IMG/VR virus record: IMGVR_UViG_3300048574_000183
Coordinates: 1-32,434 of that record
Reading direction: 5' to 3' (one strand)
DNA from: a virus
Lineage: Duplodnaviria > Caudoviricetes
DNA: 32,434 nucleotides
Every line of letters starts with the position of its first letter. Positions within the stretch are counted from its first letter, which is position 1. Below, piece after piece: positions 9,145-18,256 of this stretch. A model generated the notes under the pieces. It was not told the origin of the DNA and searched no databases. It saw only the letters and a program-made list of their open reading frames with translations. The translations under genes and the position numbers were made by a program.

Positions 9145-10772
9145 ATTCCCCATCCTTCGTTCATTATCCGCGCTGAAAGATCGATTTTCCCTTTGTAAAA
9201 TCGTGCGCGGCACATTGCGGTAACCATTGCTGCAATTGGATCAATGCGTTTAGTCCGGATTACAGACTTTCCTTTAGTTTCCTTTACGTACTTAATCAGC
9301 CCAGAGCCATTTTTAGCGATTGATGTATTACCAAACGACCACCGCGCCAGTGGGCTGGAAATGTGCGACATATTCCCTTCTTTAAGCAGGACCTCAATTT
9401 GGTTCATTGGATCTGTCAAATTCACAAAGGTTTGCGGAACCGTAACCACCTTTAATCCTTCTTGTTCAAGCTCCTGCAGAAGCATTGTCGCGAATGCCGG
9501 ATCGGCTACTACCTCGATAATGTTGTAAATGCCCTTTAGTTCAATGATGCGGTCCCGAATCGCGGTATAGTCAATGACATTCCCAGCAGTAACTTTTAGG
9601 CAGTTCGCCTCAGCCCATTTGTCATACGGTACATGATCGCGCTCGATCCGTTCGCGCATAGATTCTTCTGGTATCCAGGCTTCCCATAAAACGCGCCAAT
9701 CAAGTTGCGTTCCTTGAGGCGGGAAAATCGGGGAAATTGCGGATAAATCCGTAGTCGTCGATAAATCCAGGCCCAAATAACAATCTCTTCCGCCCTGTTC
9801 AAGAGTTGACCACTTTCCTTCAGTTTTATCGAAGAGATCCAGCGGTAGCCACGTCGTTAATTTCGATGTAATCCATTGATTCAAACGCAGCCAGCGGAAT
9901 AGACGCTCTTCAGCCGGGTCATTTTTTGCGCGTTCTGCCGCTTCGCGCAGCGATTCGATTTTGATCGTATAGCCTAGACTTGGATTAGCTTTGTACCAAT
10001 TTTCTTCGTTATAAATATCGTCGCCGTCATAGCCATAGATCGCCACATACCAGGTCGGATCAATAATTTCACCAGCTGCGATTTTGGCTGCATATTCGTG
10101 AATTTCCCAGCCAATAGAAACGCGGTCAGGGTCATCGCCTGCCGTTGTGATAATCCACCAGATCGGTTGCTCGCGCGCATCGCCAGCGCCGAAGGTCATA
10201 ACATCCCACAGCGCGCGATTCGGCTGGGCATGCAGCTCATCAAAAACGCAGGCTGATAGGTTCAATCCGTGCTTTGTATAGGCTTCTGCGCTCAGCACCT
10301 GGTAAAAAGTTCCGCTATTTTTATCGACCAGCCGTTTTTTCGACTGCGTGACCTTGGTTCGTTTATCCAGCGCGGGAACCTGGTCGATCATATCGACAGC
10401 CACATCAAACACAATCGAGGCCTGAGACCGATCCGCAGCACAGCCGTAAACCTCGCCTTTACGCTCGCCGTCTGCGAATATGTGATATAAACTCGCGCCA
10501 GCTGCCAGTTCCGATTTACCGTTCTTTTTAGGAATCTCGACATAAACGAATTTATATTGTCGCGTACCATCATCTTTCAATGTGCCATACACATCCCAGA
10601 TGATCTTTCGTTCCCATTCAAGCAAAGTAAAAGGCTGGCCAGCAAATTTCCCTTTTGTATGCTTAAGATTCTCGAAGAACCGGATAGCCCGGTTTGCATG
10701 CGCCTCAGAAAACATGCCAGCACCCATCAGCATGACCAGGAACAAGAAAACGGAAATCAAGCGTCTTTTCAT
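9141..10772 (-). CDS. terL: Terminase large subunit
   Basis: Walker A IPKKNGKSEL, Walker B ACVFDELH, ITTAG, GLDLSTTTDL, RIDPIAA. Alternative start at 10715. Confidence 0.97.
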   Translation of the reverse strand: MKRRLISVFLFLVMLMGAGMFSEAHANRAIRFFENLKHTKGKFAGQPFTLLEWERKIIWDVYGTLKDDGTRQYKFVYVEIPKKNGKSELAAGASLYHIFADGERKGEVYGCAADRSQASIVFDVAVDMIDQVPALDKRTKVTQSKKRLVDKNSGTFYQVLSAEAYTKHGLNLSACVFDELHAQPNRALWDVMTFGAGDAREQPIWWIITTAGDDPDRVSIGWEIHEYAAKIAAGEIIDPTWYVAIYGYDGDDIYNEENWYKANPSLGYTIKIESLREAAERAKNDPAEERLFRWLRLNQWITSKLTTWLPLDLFDKTEGKWSTLEQGGRDCYLGLDLSTTTDLSAISPIFPPQGTQLDWRVLWEAWIPEESMRERIERDHVPYDKWAEANCLKVTAGNVIDYTAIRDRIIELKGIYNIIEVVADPAFATMLLQELEQEGLKVVTVPQTFVNLTDPMNQIEVLLKEGNMSHISSPLARWSFGNTSIAKNGSGLIKYVKETKGKSVIRTKRIDPIAAMVTAMCRARFYKGKIDLSARIMNEGWGM

Positions 10773-11365
10773 TCGTCTCGGTTCCCATTCTTATCATTCA
10801 CCCAGTCAACGACTTCACCCAACAAAGATTCCATCTCATCAGGTGGTGGTTCTTCTTTTTTGCTTTCCGGAACAGCACCGGCGCGCGCCCGTGGCGTCAT
10901 ATAGAGAGATTGTTGCAGCTGAAATATCGCTTTGCGTTTCTGGTCCACCCGTGCATCAATCTTGACAATGGTGTCAAACGCATTTTGAATTTTTTCAATT
11001 AAAGCAATGGCTGAGACGTGATCGCCTTCCAGTTTGTATTCTCGCCACATCTCGCGCAGCGTCTTCCAGACATCAAATGCCTCGCTGCGCATTTCGTCCA
11101 GTTGGGTAGCCTGTTCGTTTAGTACGCAATAGTTAATCAACATATCCAGATCAAGTCGGGTAGTGAAGTTGTCTTCAAGAGAAGCAAAATCACGCATCAG
11201 CCGGCGCCAGGTTGCCGCAGCCACAGGCATGCCAGCCAGGCGCGCGGGTTCTTCTCGGGGCAATCCGCGTTCAGGTGCTAATGCAGATTCCTTGTCACGT
11301 CTGGCTTGCTGTTCGGCTTTTGTTTCGTGCCGTTTGATCAGTCCCTTAGGCTTTTTAGCAGGCAT
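10769..11365 (-). CDS. terS: Terminase small subunit (P27-like)
   Basis: Start at MPAKKPKG (ATG 11365); A.ATWRRL...LDLDMLINYC...LYMTPRARA motif; directly upstream of terL. Confidence 0.85.
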   Translation of the reverse strand: MPAKKPKGLIKRHETKAEQQARRDKESALAPERGLPREEPARLAGMPVAAATWRRLMRDFASLEDNFTTRLDLDMLINYCVLNEQATQLDEMRSEAFDVWKTLREMWREYKLEGDHVSAIALIEKIQNAFDTIVKIDARVDQKRKAIFQLQQSLYMTPRARAGAVPESKKEEPPPDEMESLLGEVVDWVNDKNGNRDE

Positions 11366-11375
11366 ATAACCCCAA

Positions 11376-11813
11376 TTAACTGGATTTCCCACATTGGGAA
11401 TTTTTCTCGCGCGGAAGGCCCCGCGCGCTCGTCGCTCCCCAGTCTGAAACTTTTTTGGCCCCCCTCCCATTGACCTCGCGAGCTGTTTTCTCGTTATGGC
11501 AGTTATCACAAAGCGATTGGAAGGGACCACGATAAAATTTTTCTTGATCGCCGCGGTGAGGATCAACATGATCACAGACAGTTGCCATAATATATTCACC
11601 GCGCTTCAGATGTTCTGCGCACCAGGGATTAGCCGCGAGCTGGCGCGCTCTGATTTGTTTCCACCGCGCTGAGTTGTATAGCCGCTGCCAGGGACGATGA
11701 TACCCACGCCTGATTTCTTCATGATCACTGCCATGTTTCTCACAATAACCATGCTCGACCAGGTTAGGGCAGCCCGGATATTGACAGGGCTTCAGCGCAG
11801 AGCGTGGCATCAA
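11376..11813 (-). CDS. HNH endonuclease (packaging-associated, HK97 gp74-like)
   Basis: CQYPGC...YCEKH, W...R...L...PWC, DHVDPHRGD, QSLCDNCHNEKT. Confidence 0.93.
   Translation of the reverse strand: MMPRSALKPCQYPGCPNLVEHGYCEKHGSDHEEIRRGYHRPWQRLYNSARWKQIRARQLAANPWCAEHLKRGEYIMATVCDHVDPHRGDQEKFYRGPFQSLCDNCHNEKTAREVNGRGAKKVSDWGATSARGLPREKNSQCGKSS
11395..11470 (-). other. Putative cos / packaging initiation region
   Basis: The minus strand reads GGGAGGGGGGCCAAAAAAGTTT...GCGCGCGGGGCCTTCCGCGCGAGAAAAATT. This G-run/A-tract/GC-core pattern is typical between HNH and terS in cos phages. Confidence 0.5.
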
Positions 11814-12604
11814 TTATCCTCTGGCTTAGGGCCATCAAAGCCAAGACGACGCGCCCATGTATCAATAGCCTGCACCCAGCCAACTGGCTCGGGCACAGAC
11901 GCAGGCTGGCTGAATGCTTTTGCAAACTCATCCTCAGTCAACAGACAGCGATCGGTATCGACCTGATTGGAGACCGTACCAAAATAAGGACCATCGCCCT
12001 TATCGCCTGTCTGGATCATAGCCAATGGCAAATACTTCAGTGATGCAGGCACAGCAGGAGCCGCAGTCCATTCGCGGACTGGGGGGTACTTGCTCCCATC
12101 AACATACATGGCCATAATGCAGCGCCGGCTTTCCATCCACGGCTGATATTTCATGTAGGTGGCTACAAAGCTGTAACGGCTGTACCACCACACTTCTTTA
12201 CCAGTAGCATCTTCCAGGGCTTTATTGAAATATTCGACCGCGTTTGAGAGCTTTTCCGGTGAAACATCCCGCACCAATTCAACATCATTCACAATCGGAC
12301 CTTCGCCATAGTCCTTGTTAGGAAACATGCTCAGGTAATTGTCAAGCTGGCTTTTAATCGGCTGATCGGGGTAGATGACATGGTAAGTCGCCCGCGGAAT
12401 GCCAATCTCGCCCAGCGCCTCATGATATAGCCGGTGATACTTATCCTTGTATCCCCAGCTTATACCTGTCCGGCTAATTACAAAACGTGGACGCGGTTTC
12501 GCCGCGCCCATTTTGGCAAAGTCAATCAGCCCCTGATTCGATGAGATATCCAAACCAAAGATCCGTTCATCGGTCGCGCTGGGAATGTAAGTTCCTACAG
12601 TCAT
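11810..12604 (-). CDS. Endolysin, GH25 muramidase
   Basis: FGLDISSNQG.IDF, ATYH, NDVE (DxE), WYS, VDTD motifs. Confidence 0.88.
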   Translation of the reverse strand: MTVGTYIPSATDERIFGLDISSNQGLIDFAKMGAAKPRPRFVISRTGISWGYKDKYHRLYHEALGEIGIPRATYHVIYPDQPIKSQLDNYLSMFPNKDYGEGPIVNDVELVRDVSPEKLSNAVEYFNKALEDATGKEVWWYSRYSFVATYMKYQPWMESRRCIMAMYVDGSKYPPVREWTAAPAVPASLKYLPLAMIQTGDKGDGPYFGTVSNQVDTDRCLLTEDEFAKAFSQPASVPEPVGWVQAIDTWARRLGFDGPKPEDN

Positions 12605-12984
12605 TCATCCCTCCAGTCGCCTGGCTCCCAATTTGGTTCAATGTTCGCTTCATACAATTGGGCCAGCAGGGTTTTGATCCCTTGCATCAAGACTTCGATA
12701 CGCATCAGCGCCTTCTCCAGGCGCCGCTTAAAATTTCTATTGTCTGCCTCTAATTGATCCAATCGTTTCAGATCGTCGCACCGATCACTTTCCAGCTTTT
12801 CGATGAGCTTGAAAGCCCCTTCCAATGTTCTGTCGGCTGTCTCTGAGGCTTTATCCCGCGCTGAGGCTTCATTTACGGCAGCCTCTGATTCGATCTTGCG
12901 CCGGTTAGCCCGATACAGCAGGATAACCGGCACAAACGCAGTGATTCCGCCCAGGGCGCCTGTAATAAGCGCGCCCCAGTCCAT
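12601..12984 (-). CDS. Membrane-anchored coiled-coil protein (holin/lysis accessory)
   Basis: N-terminal TM followed by a coiled coil; adjacent to the endolysin. Confidence 0.55.
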   Translation of the reverse strand: MDWGALITGALGGITAFVPVILLYRANRRKIESEAAVNEASARDKASETADRTLEGAFKLIEKLESDRCDDLKRLDQLEADNRNFKRRLEKALMRIEVLMQGIKTLLAQLYEANIEPNWEPGDWRDE

Positions 12985-13491
12985 TTAATCCGCCGGCTTC
13001 GAGTATGATTTGCCAATGAGCGGGGTGCCCTTGACCGCCATATAAGTCAGTTTCGAAGAGGCGATCATCGTTATAAACTGCAAAATGGCACCCAGCATGA
13101 CGCTCAAAGCACCGGCCATTTGATCGACCTGGCCGACATCAAGGTCAGGCTTGATCAATTTCACAATAAACAAAAGGGCCATACCAAGCAGGTTCCCACC
13201 GGTGACCCATATCGGCGCTGTGCCGTCAGTCACAAATTTGAGAGTCTTCCCGATGTTCACGAAGACTGCAATCAAGGCGCCCCAACCAACCAGGGAACCG
13301 GCTGCTACCAGCAACGCGTTAATATCGACTGTTTCCGCCACAGGCGGAGACGATTGCGCAAATGCCGGCGTCGCGATGCACATCACCAAAACCAACGCAA
13401 GCGCTAATCGCATCGCCCAGCCATTAACCCGACGAATCAGATTGATTCCACGGCCAAACAAACGACCCATCCAACGAGCTAAATTTTCCAT
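12985..13491 (-). CDS. Multi-TM protein, putative holin
   Basis: RBS GGAGG; signal-like segment ending AFA and ~3 further TM helices; first gene of the late transcript. Confidence 0.55.
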   Translation of the reverse strand: MENLARWMGRLFGRGINLIRRVNGWAMRLALALVLVMCIATPAFAQSSPPVAETVDINALLVAAGSLVGWGALIAVFVNIGKTLKFVTDGTAPIWVTGGNLLGMALLFIVKLIKPDLDVGQVDQMAGALSVMLGAILQFITMIASSKLTYMAVKGTPLIGKSYSKPAD

Positions 13492-13519
13492 CCTTACCTC
13501 CGAAATCAGAACTTGAACG

Positions 13520-13572
13520 AAAAAACCCGAAGCTCAATGAACCTGCTGAACAGATTCACAGAGCCCCGGGTT
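13520..13572 (-). terminator. Intrinsic terminator/attenuator in the late leader
   Basis: AACCCGGGGCTC-TG-TGAAT-CTG...CAG-GTTCA-TT-GAGCTTCGGGTT followed by TTTT, upstream of the first late gene. Confidence 0.8.
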
Positions 13573-13606
13573 CTTCCCTCGTCAGGCGAAATATTTGATT
13601 GATTAC

Positions 13607-13635
13607 ATTATAGAGAATTTCAGCAAAGATTACAA
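13607..13635 (-). promoter_or_regulatory. Sigma70-type late promoter
   Basis: TTGTAA (13635-13630), 17-nt spacer, TATAAT (13612-13607). Confidence 0.75.
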
Positions 13636-13636
13636 A

Positions 13637-13816
13637 TTATTTATTCTCTTCAAGCGGCCGAATCGATGACTGCGCTGTGATTTCTTTAATTTCCTTCTTT
13701 TCAATCTTGATCACGACAGCGCCGTAACCGCTGCCCCGCTCACACACCAAACTGATCGCTTCCAGGATCGCTTGCAAATTTCCATCACTCACATTCACAC
13801 TATTATTAGAATCCAT
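13637..13816 (-). CDS. Small DUF2292/YezD-like protein (59 aa)
   Basis: ATG 13816 with AAGGTGG RBS; ILEAI...GYGAVVIKIEKKEIKEI pattern. Confidence 0.6.
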   Translation of the reverse strand: MDSNNSVNVSDGNLQAILEAISLVCERGSGYGAVVIKIEKKEIKEITAQSSIRPLEENK

Positions 13817-13827
13817 GTTCCACCTTT

Positions 13828-14025
13828 TTAGCTGATAAACATACCCACGGCAATAATTCCAAGGAAAAAACAAGATATTCCCATGCAAACAATGAGAAGG
13901 CAGCAAGCCATGCCAATCCAAAGATTTTCTCTGTCTGTGATTTTTTCTGTCTTTTCCATGCAGCGTTGACAGATTTCATCTTTCCCAACCTCAAAGCATT
14001 TTGGACAGCGCCGCAGTTCAATCAC
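13828..14025 (-). CDS. Small Zn-ribbon + TM protein
   Basis: GTG start after GGAGG; CPKC...CQRC followed by a hydrophobic C-terminus. Confidence 0.6.
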   Translation of the reverse strand: MIELRRCPKCFEVGKDEICQRCMEKTEKITDRENLWIGMACCLLIVCMGISCFFLGIIAVGMFIS

Positions 14026-14909
14026 TTCTCCCTCCAATTCCTCATCTTCCGCCAATAATATTCCACCGCTTTTTCTTTCATCTTCATCAGTGCCGCAATT
14101 TCCGCATAAGTCTTTCCATTCATTCGGCTCGCTTCTAAGAAGGCTTCCGCCGCTTCGCTCCATTTTTCTTCATGTTCGCTTCCTCGTAGAATCTCAAACC
14201 CTTCCAGCTGCTTTGCCGGCAGATACCAATACGCCCAATGCTGTTTTCGTTTTCTGCCCATGCCAATTGCGCGGTATCCATATAATCGGCCCAATTTGAT
14301 TTGCCGCAAAATGTCTTTTGGTCCGCATCCGCAGATTTCAGCCGCTTCTTTTGTCGTTAGCCACCGGTCGCCCCATTTCTGTTGAGCAAGCTGTACCAAT
14401 CTGCGTAAATGCGGGTTTTTGATTCGCTCGGCGCGGAAATATACCCACGAAGTTGGCCGGATCAGCCAGCGTTTGAAGGTGACAATTTTTACCCTGCGCA
14501 TACGGTTATTTGCATAAGGATAAAGCTCACCTTCCAGGAGACCGATATCAACCCATGTTGGCGTATTATGCGTATCCACACTCAAAATATCGGCGATTTC
14601 CCGTGTGGATAAATATCCAGGCGCTTTTCTGGCAGACACAAAACCTCGGCGCACTGCGTGGACATGAATCGCGTTAGCGCTTCGCCCAAGTTCGCGGCCA
14701 ATTTCGTCAATCGAATAATATGGGAGCATCTCGCGCAACTTGCGATCTTCTTCTGCCGTCCAGTTTGGTGCTTTTTTCTTCTCCTGGCTGGTAACTGGGC
14801 GCACTACCTTTCCGCCGGTAGCGATGATCCAATTCATCGATCGCCCAGAAATCAACTCGGCATCCGATACCGCCATATCGATTAGCTCATCATAGCTATT
14901 CTGGGTCAT
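14022..14909 (-). CDS. Multi-HTH DNA-binding protein
   Basis: WTAEED..L..IGRELGRS.NAI (Myb/SANT-like), LSTREIADIL, WLTTKEAAEICG, TYAEIAALM. Confidence 0.7.
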   Translation of the reverse strand: MTQNSYDELIDMAVSDAELISGRSMNWIIATGGKVVRPVTSQEKKKAPNWTAEEDRKLREMLPYYSIDEIGRELGRSANAIHVHAVRRGFVSARKAPGYLSTREIADILSVDTHNTPTWVDIGLLEGELYPYANNRMRRVKIVTFKRWLIRPTSWVYFRAERIKNPHLRRLVQLAQQKWGDRWLTTKEAAEICGCGPKDILRQIKLGRLYGYRAIGMGRKRKQHWAYWYLPAKQLEGFEILRGSEHEEKWSEAAEAFLEASRMNGKTYAEIAALMKMKEKAVEYYWRKMRNWREK

Positions 14910-15759
14910 CGTTAACCTTCTTGATTAATTTGGAGAGAAACTCAGGCAGCGGACAACCATTGCAGACTGTTTTACTCGCCTGTTCTGCTAAAGCACAATT
15001 AGCGCAAGTTTTTTCAGCGGACGAATGCACCAGCTTCCAGTCTGGTATTTTTCCGGCTTCCTGCAGCGCGTTCCATTTGGATTTTTCTGGTTTACCGGCC
15101 TTAGATTGCGCAAAGCGTATGGATGGTATTGGTTCGCTCGATTCGTTTTCCCTGGCAGTTGCGATCACGCGCGCGCAGGCTTCTGTGACCATGCGGACAG
15201 TAGCATTCCGTTCAGCTAATCGTTGTGCGAGTTTTACCCGCAGTTCACGGTCTTCAATACTCAGAAATGCCTGAATGGCTTGTTTATCCTTGGGAAGCTT
15301 ATGCATCGCGATCAGCATTTGGATCTCTGAATCGAGTTCCAGCAGTTTGATTCGAGCTGAAACGATCGGAGCTGAAATACCCAGCATTTGCGCGATTCGA
15401 TTAGGCGAAACATCCATCTCATCGATTAACTTCTTGAAAGCTTCAGCTTCCTCGATTGGGTTTAAATCGGACCGCTGAATATTGGCCACCAAAGCGCGCA
15501 TTAATCGGTCTTCTGGATTAAAGTCTTTGCTGGATACAATCTGCGCTTCAATTTTCGATTCTCCGGCCATCTTCGATGCGCGCAGACGACGCTCGCCGTC
15601 ATGCAGAAGATAGTACCCGTTGCCGGCATGCTCGACTACGATCGGGACGATGACTCCATTAGCACTGATAGAATCGGCCAGACTTTGAAGCTCGTCCTCA
15701 TCGAACAGTTTACGCGGCTGTTCAGGGTTTGGAAGAATTGAATCAATGTTAATTTTCAC
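14896..15759 (-). CDS. ParB/Spo0J-family protein
   Basis: PNPEQPRK.F, LADSI...GVIVPIVV, DGERRLRA, ANIQRSDLNPIEEA and HTH; C-terminal CxxC..CxxC. Confidence 0.92.
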   Translation of the reverse strand: MKINIDSILPNPEQPRKLFDEDELQSLADSISANGVIVPIVVEHAGNGYYLLHDGERRLRASKMAGESKIEAQIVSSKDFNPEDRLMRALVANIQRSDLNPIEEAEAFKKLIDEMDVSPNRIAQMLGISAPIVSARIKLLELDSEIQMLIAMHKLPKDKQAIQAFLSIEDRELRVKLAQRLAERNATVRMVTEACARVIATARENESSEPIPSIRFAQSKAGKPEKSKWNALQEAGKIPDWKLVHSSAEKTCANCALAEQASKTVCNGCPLPEFLSKLIKKVNDDPE

Positions 15760-16223
15760 ACTTCACCTCCCGGCAGCATCGCCGGCATGGACCCATATTG
15801 ATAGGCATCCGCAATCTGCGGCGCGAGCCATTCGCCGGCCGTCAGGCCGTTGGGCAGCACCACATAAGATTGCAGCGCTGTTTCCACGGAAACAATTCCG
15901 ATTTCCGCCGCAGCCAGAACACCCTTGATCAGCACCGCCATTGCCCGCCAGTACGCCCGCGTTTCCTGTTCCCATGCTGCTTGCGCGGCTTTTTTCGTCC
16001 GCAGCGTTTTTTTGGATGGGGTGCGCGTGAAGCGCGGATCGTTTTTATCCGGCATCTGCATGCTGATGCGATAACGCCGGCCGCTGATCTCAAATCCGAT
16101 CACTGCGCGCGCGCCTTCCCAGCCATACAGGAACGCGCTGGCGCCGAATCGCTCGAGCGTATGTTCAATTTCAACCCGGCTGCCGGCCGTGCTAACGGTG
16201 GTTTCTTTAGCATAGGTAGGCAT
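15756..16223 (-). CDS. Conserved phage hypothetical protein
   Basis: YAKETTVS...SRVEIE..L.RFGA pattern; translationally coupled to neighbours. Confidence 0.7.
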   Translation of the reverse strand: MPTYAKETTVSTAGSRVEIEHTLERFGASAFLYGWEGARAVIGFEISGRRYRISMQMPDKNDPRFTRTPSKKTLRTKKAAQAAWEQETRAYWRAMAVLIKGVLAAAEIGIVSVETALQSYVVLPNGLTAGEWLAPQIADAYQYGSMPAMLPGGEV

Positions 16224-16226
16224 GTC

Positions 16227-16565
16227 TCACCAATCCATTGCGCACAAAAAGCCGCGTCCATTGAAAAACGCCCAGACCCAGGCGGGAGCTGTAACCAGAT
16301 ATAACCCGTACTCTTTTTTCTCCATTTTAGCGAATGGCATCAGGTCATATTTTGGCTTATCGGTTTCTTCGATGACGATACTGTATTGGCTGGAATCTTT
16401 GACCTGGTAATACATTTCTCCATCGAGAATTTTCAGTTCTTCATCGAGTGTTCCACCGTGGAAGTGTCCCGCGACCCGCAGAACGTCCAGCTTGTCAAAA
16501 GCGACAAAGGTCTCTTCATCATCTGTGAAAAGATGCAGGCATTGGATATTTATCCGAATCATCAC
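16227..16565 (-). CDS. Hypothetical protein
   Basis: Tightly packed in the operon; plausible protein. Confidence 0.6.
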   Translation of the reverse strand: MMIRINIQCLHLFTDDEETFVAFDKLDVLRVAGHFHGGTLDEELKILDGEMYYQVKDSSQYSIVIEETDKPKYDLMPFAKMEKKEYGLYLVTAPAWVWAFFNGRGFLCAMDW

Positions 16566-17533
16566 TCACCACCTTTCGGGTATTCGTCCCAAATGCGACC
16601 ATCAAGCAGGCGACCGGCAGCACGCTTACCTACGCGGGACATGACGGCTGTGTCATCTCTCTTTTCCGCCCGGAAACATGCATTCCGATTATCGCCAAAG
16701 CGGTATACACCACTTGAATCGCCAATAGCACCGTCGCGTCTTGAAACCGACACTGTTTTCGAAGCTAACAAATCAGGAGATCTCTCAATCCACTCGCCCC
16801 ATTGCTTGAAGAAAAACGGAACCGCAGCCTCACGGCATTGATCGCGCAGCGACCGCGCCCAGTCCGGATGCATAGGCCTGGCGTCTGGGCCCGACTCACC
16901 GCCAGCGATGACCCAATCAATGTTTTTACTCTTTAACCATGAGAACTTTGGGGGTACTAGATAAAATTTTTCGCGTGGCGATTTATAAACTGATTCATAA
17001 ATATCAACTGGGCCTAGCAGCGGCTCGCAGCTCACAAACCGCACAGCGGCCGGCGTCTGCATCAGCAGCGGGATGCGCTCGTCGGCAGCGGCTTGATTTT
17101 CAACCGATACCCCAAGCCACACGTTTGGCAAAGGCGGGCTAAAAAATCCATATCCTTCCGCTTTGCATAATTCGATATACTCTTTCCAGTAATCAAAGAA
17201 TTCCACCATGCGTTTCGGACGCTTTGTTAACACGATATATGTATGCTGGTCGTAAGTCGCCATACGGTAAAAAATCGTGAGAATGTGAGTAAGATCCAGC
17301 TTTTCGTGAAAAAGGTCGCTCATGCTGTTAACAAAGATGCGCTGCGGCTGCTTCCATTTCCCTGGCATGTCCAACCGTTCCGGGTGGAGGCGCACATCAG
17401 TAAACGGACGCTCCCCCCAAAACCGCCCCGCCAGGCGTTCAGCATAGCAATATTTGCATCCAGCGGAAACCTTCGTACATCCGGTAACTGGGTTCCATAC
17501 CCGGTCAGTCCATTCGATTTTAGATTTTCCCAT
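16562..17533 (-). CDS. Phage Gp37/Gp68 (DUF5131) family, radical-SAM-like
   Basis: SKIEWTDRVWNPVTGCTKVSAGCKYCYA, FVNSMSDLFH, LTKRP, WVIAGGESG, FFFKQWG. Confidence 0.95.
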   Translation of the reverse strand: MGKSKIEWTDRVWNPVTGCTKVSAGCKYCYAERLAGRFWGERPFTDVRLHPERLDMPGKWKQPQRIFVNSMSDLFHEKLDLTHILTIFYRMATYDQHTYIVLTKRPKRMVEFFDYWKEYIELCKAEGYGFFSPPLPNVWLGVSVENQAAADERIPLLMQTPAAVRFVSCEPLLGPVDIYESVYKSPREKFYLVPPKFSWLKSKNIDWVIAGGESGPDARPMHPDWARSLRDQCREAAVPFFFKQWGEWIERSPDLLASKTVSVSRRDGAIGDSSGVYRFGDNRNACFRAEKRDDTAVMSRVGKRAAGRLLDGRIWDEYPKGGE

Positions 17534-17933
17534 CGCTGGCCTCTTTCCGTTCGAATTGCATGCGCAACTCGTTAAGTTGTTTTTTGTCGCTTTCTATGAT
17601 GCTTTCATATTTGGATAACCGTTTGCGCAAGTCGTCGTTTTCTTCGGCAAGCAAAATTATCTTCTTTCGCATCCACATCATGGCGACACGAAATAAACCA
17701 ATACCAGAAACAGGAATTACCGGAATAACGCGGTCATAAGAGAAATCGCCTGTGTCTCCATCCATCCAGTACCAATGACCTCTTTTATCTCTGGTCTTTC
17801 CTCCACAATCGCCGCAAGAATTAAATTCCTTGTCAAATTCAACGGCAAATCGAATATTTCTGTCTATGTGTTTGATAATTCCAGTGCCGAAATGATTTGA
17901 GACAACTTGCATACCTTTCACAAAATCACTCAT
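17520..17933 (-). CDS. Hypothetical protein (SH3-like N-terminus, coiled-coil C-terminus)
   Basis: Coupled ORF; relatively AT-rich. Confidence 0.6.
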   Translation of the reverse strand: MSDFVKGMQVVSNHFGTGIIKHIDRNIRFAVEFDKEFNSCGDCGGKTRDKRGHWYWMDGDTGDFSYDRVIPVIPVSGIGLFRVAMMWMRKKIILLAEENDDLRKRLSKYESIIESDKKQLNELRMQFERKEASDGKI

Positions 17934-18256
17934 TTCAAATCTCCAATTCCTGCACTAGCACTCTCTTTATCTGGTTCAAGCCCAGCATTAGAAATCAAAA
18001 ACCTATCCATACATTCAAGACAACACCATGATTGCCCCCATTCTCCATCAACTAGAGCGTGTTCATAAAAAGCAGATTCACCGGGTTCAATGCTGTGATG
18101 TAATGGCATACCAAATAAATCAAAAGCAGCACATTCATGAGTTTGCCTTACTTTCACAATACGCGTTTCTTGCTGACGAATATCAATGTCCATGTCGCCA
18201 TCGAACGGATTGTATAGAAGATAGGTTTCATCCTTGAACTTTGGAGAATAACTCAT
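17930..18256 (-). CDS. Hypothetical protein with Cys motifs
   Basis: ATG 18256 overlaps the ThiF stop; IVKVRQTHEC...DGEWGQSWCCLEC. Confidence 0.65.
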   Translation of the reverse strand: MSYSPKFKDETYLLYNPFDGDMDIDIRQQETRIVKVRQTHECAAFDLFGMPLHHSIEPGESAFYEHALVDGEWGQSWCCLECMDRFLISNAGLEPDKESASAGIGDLK

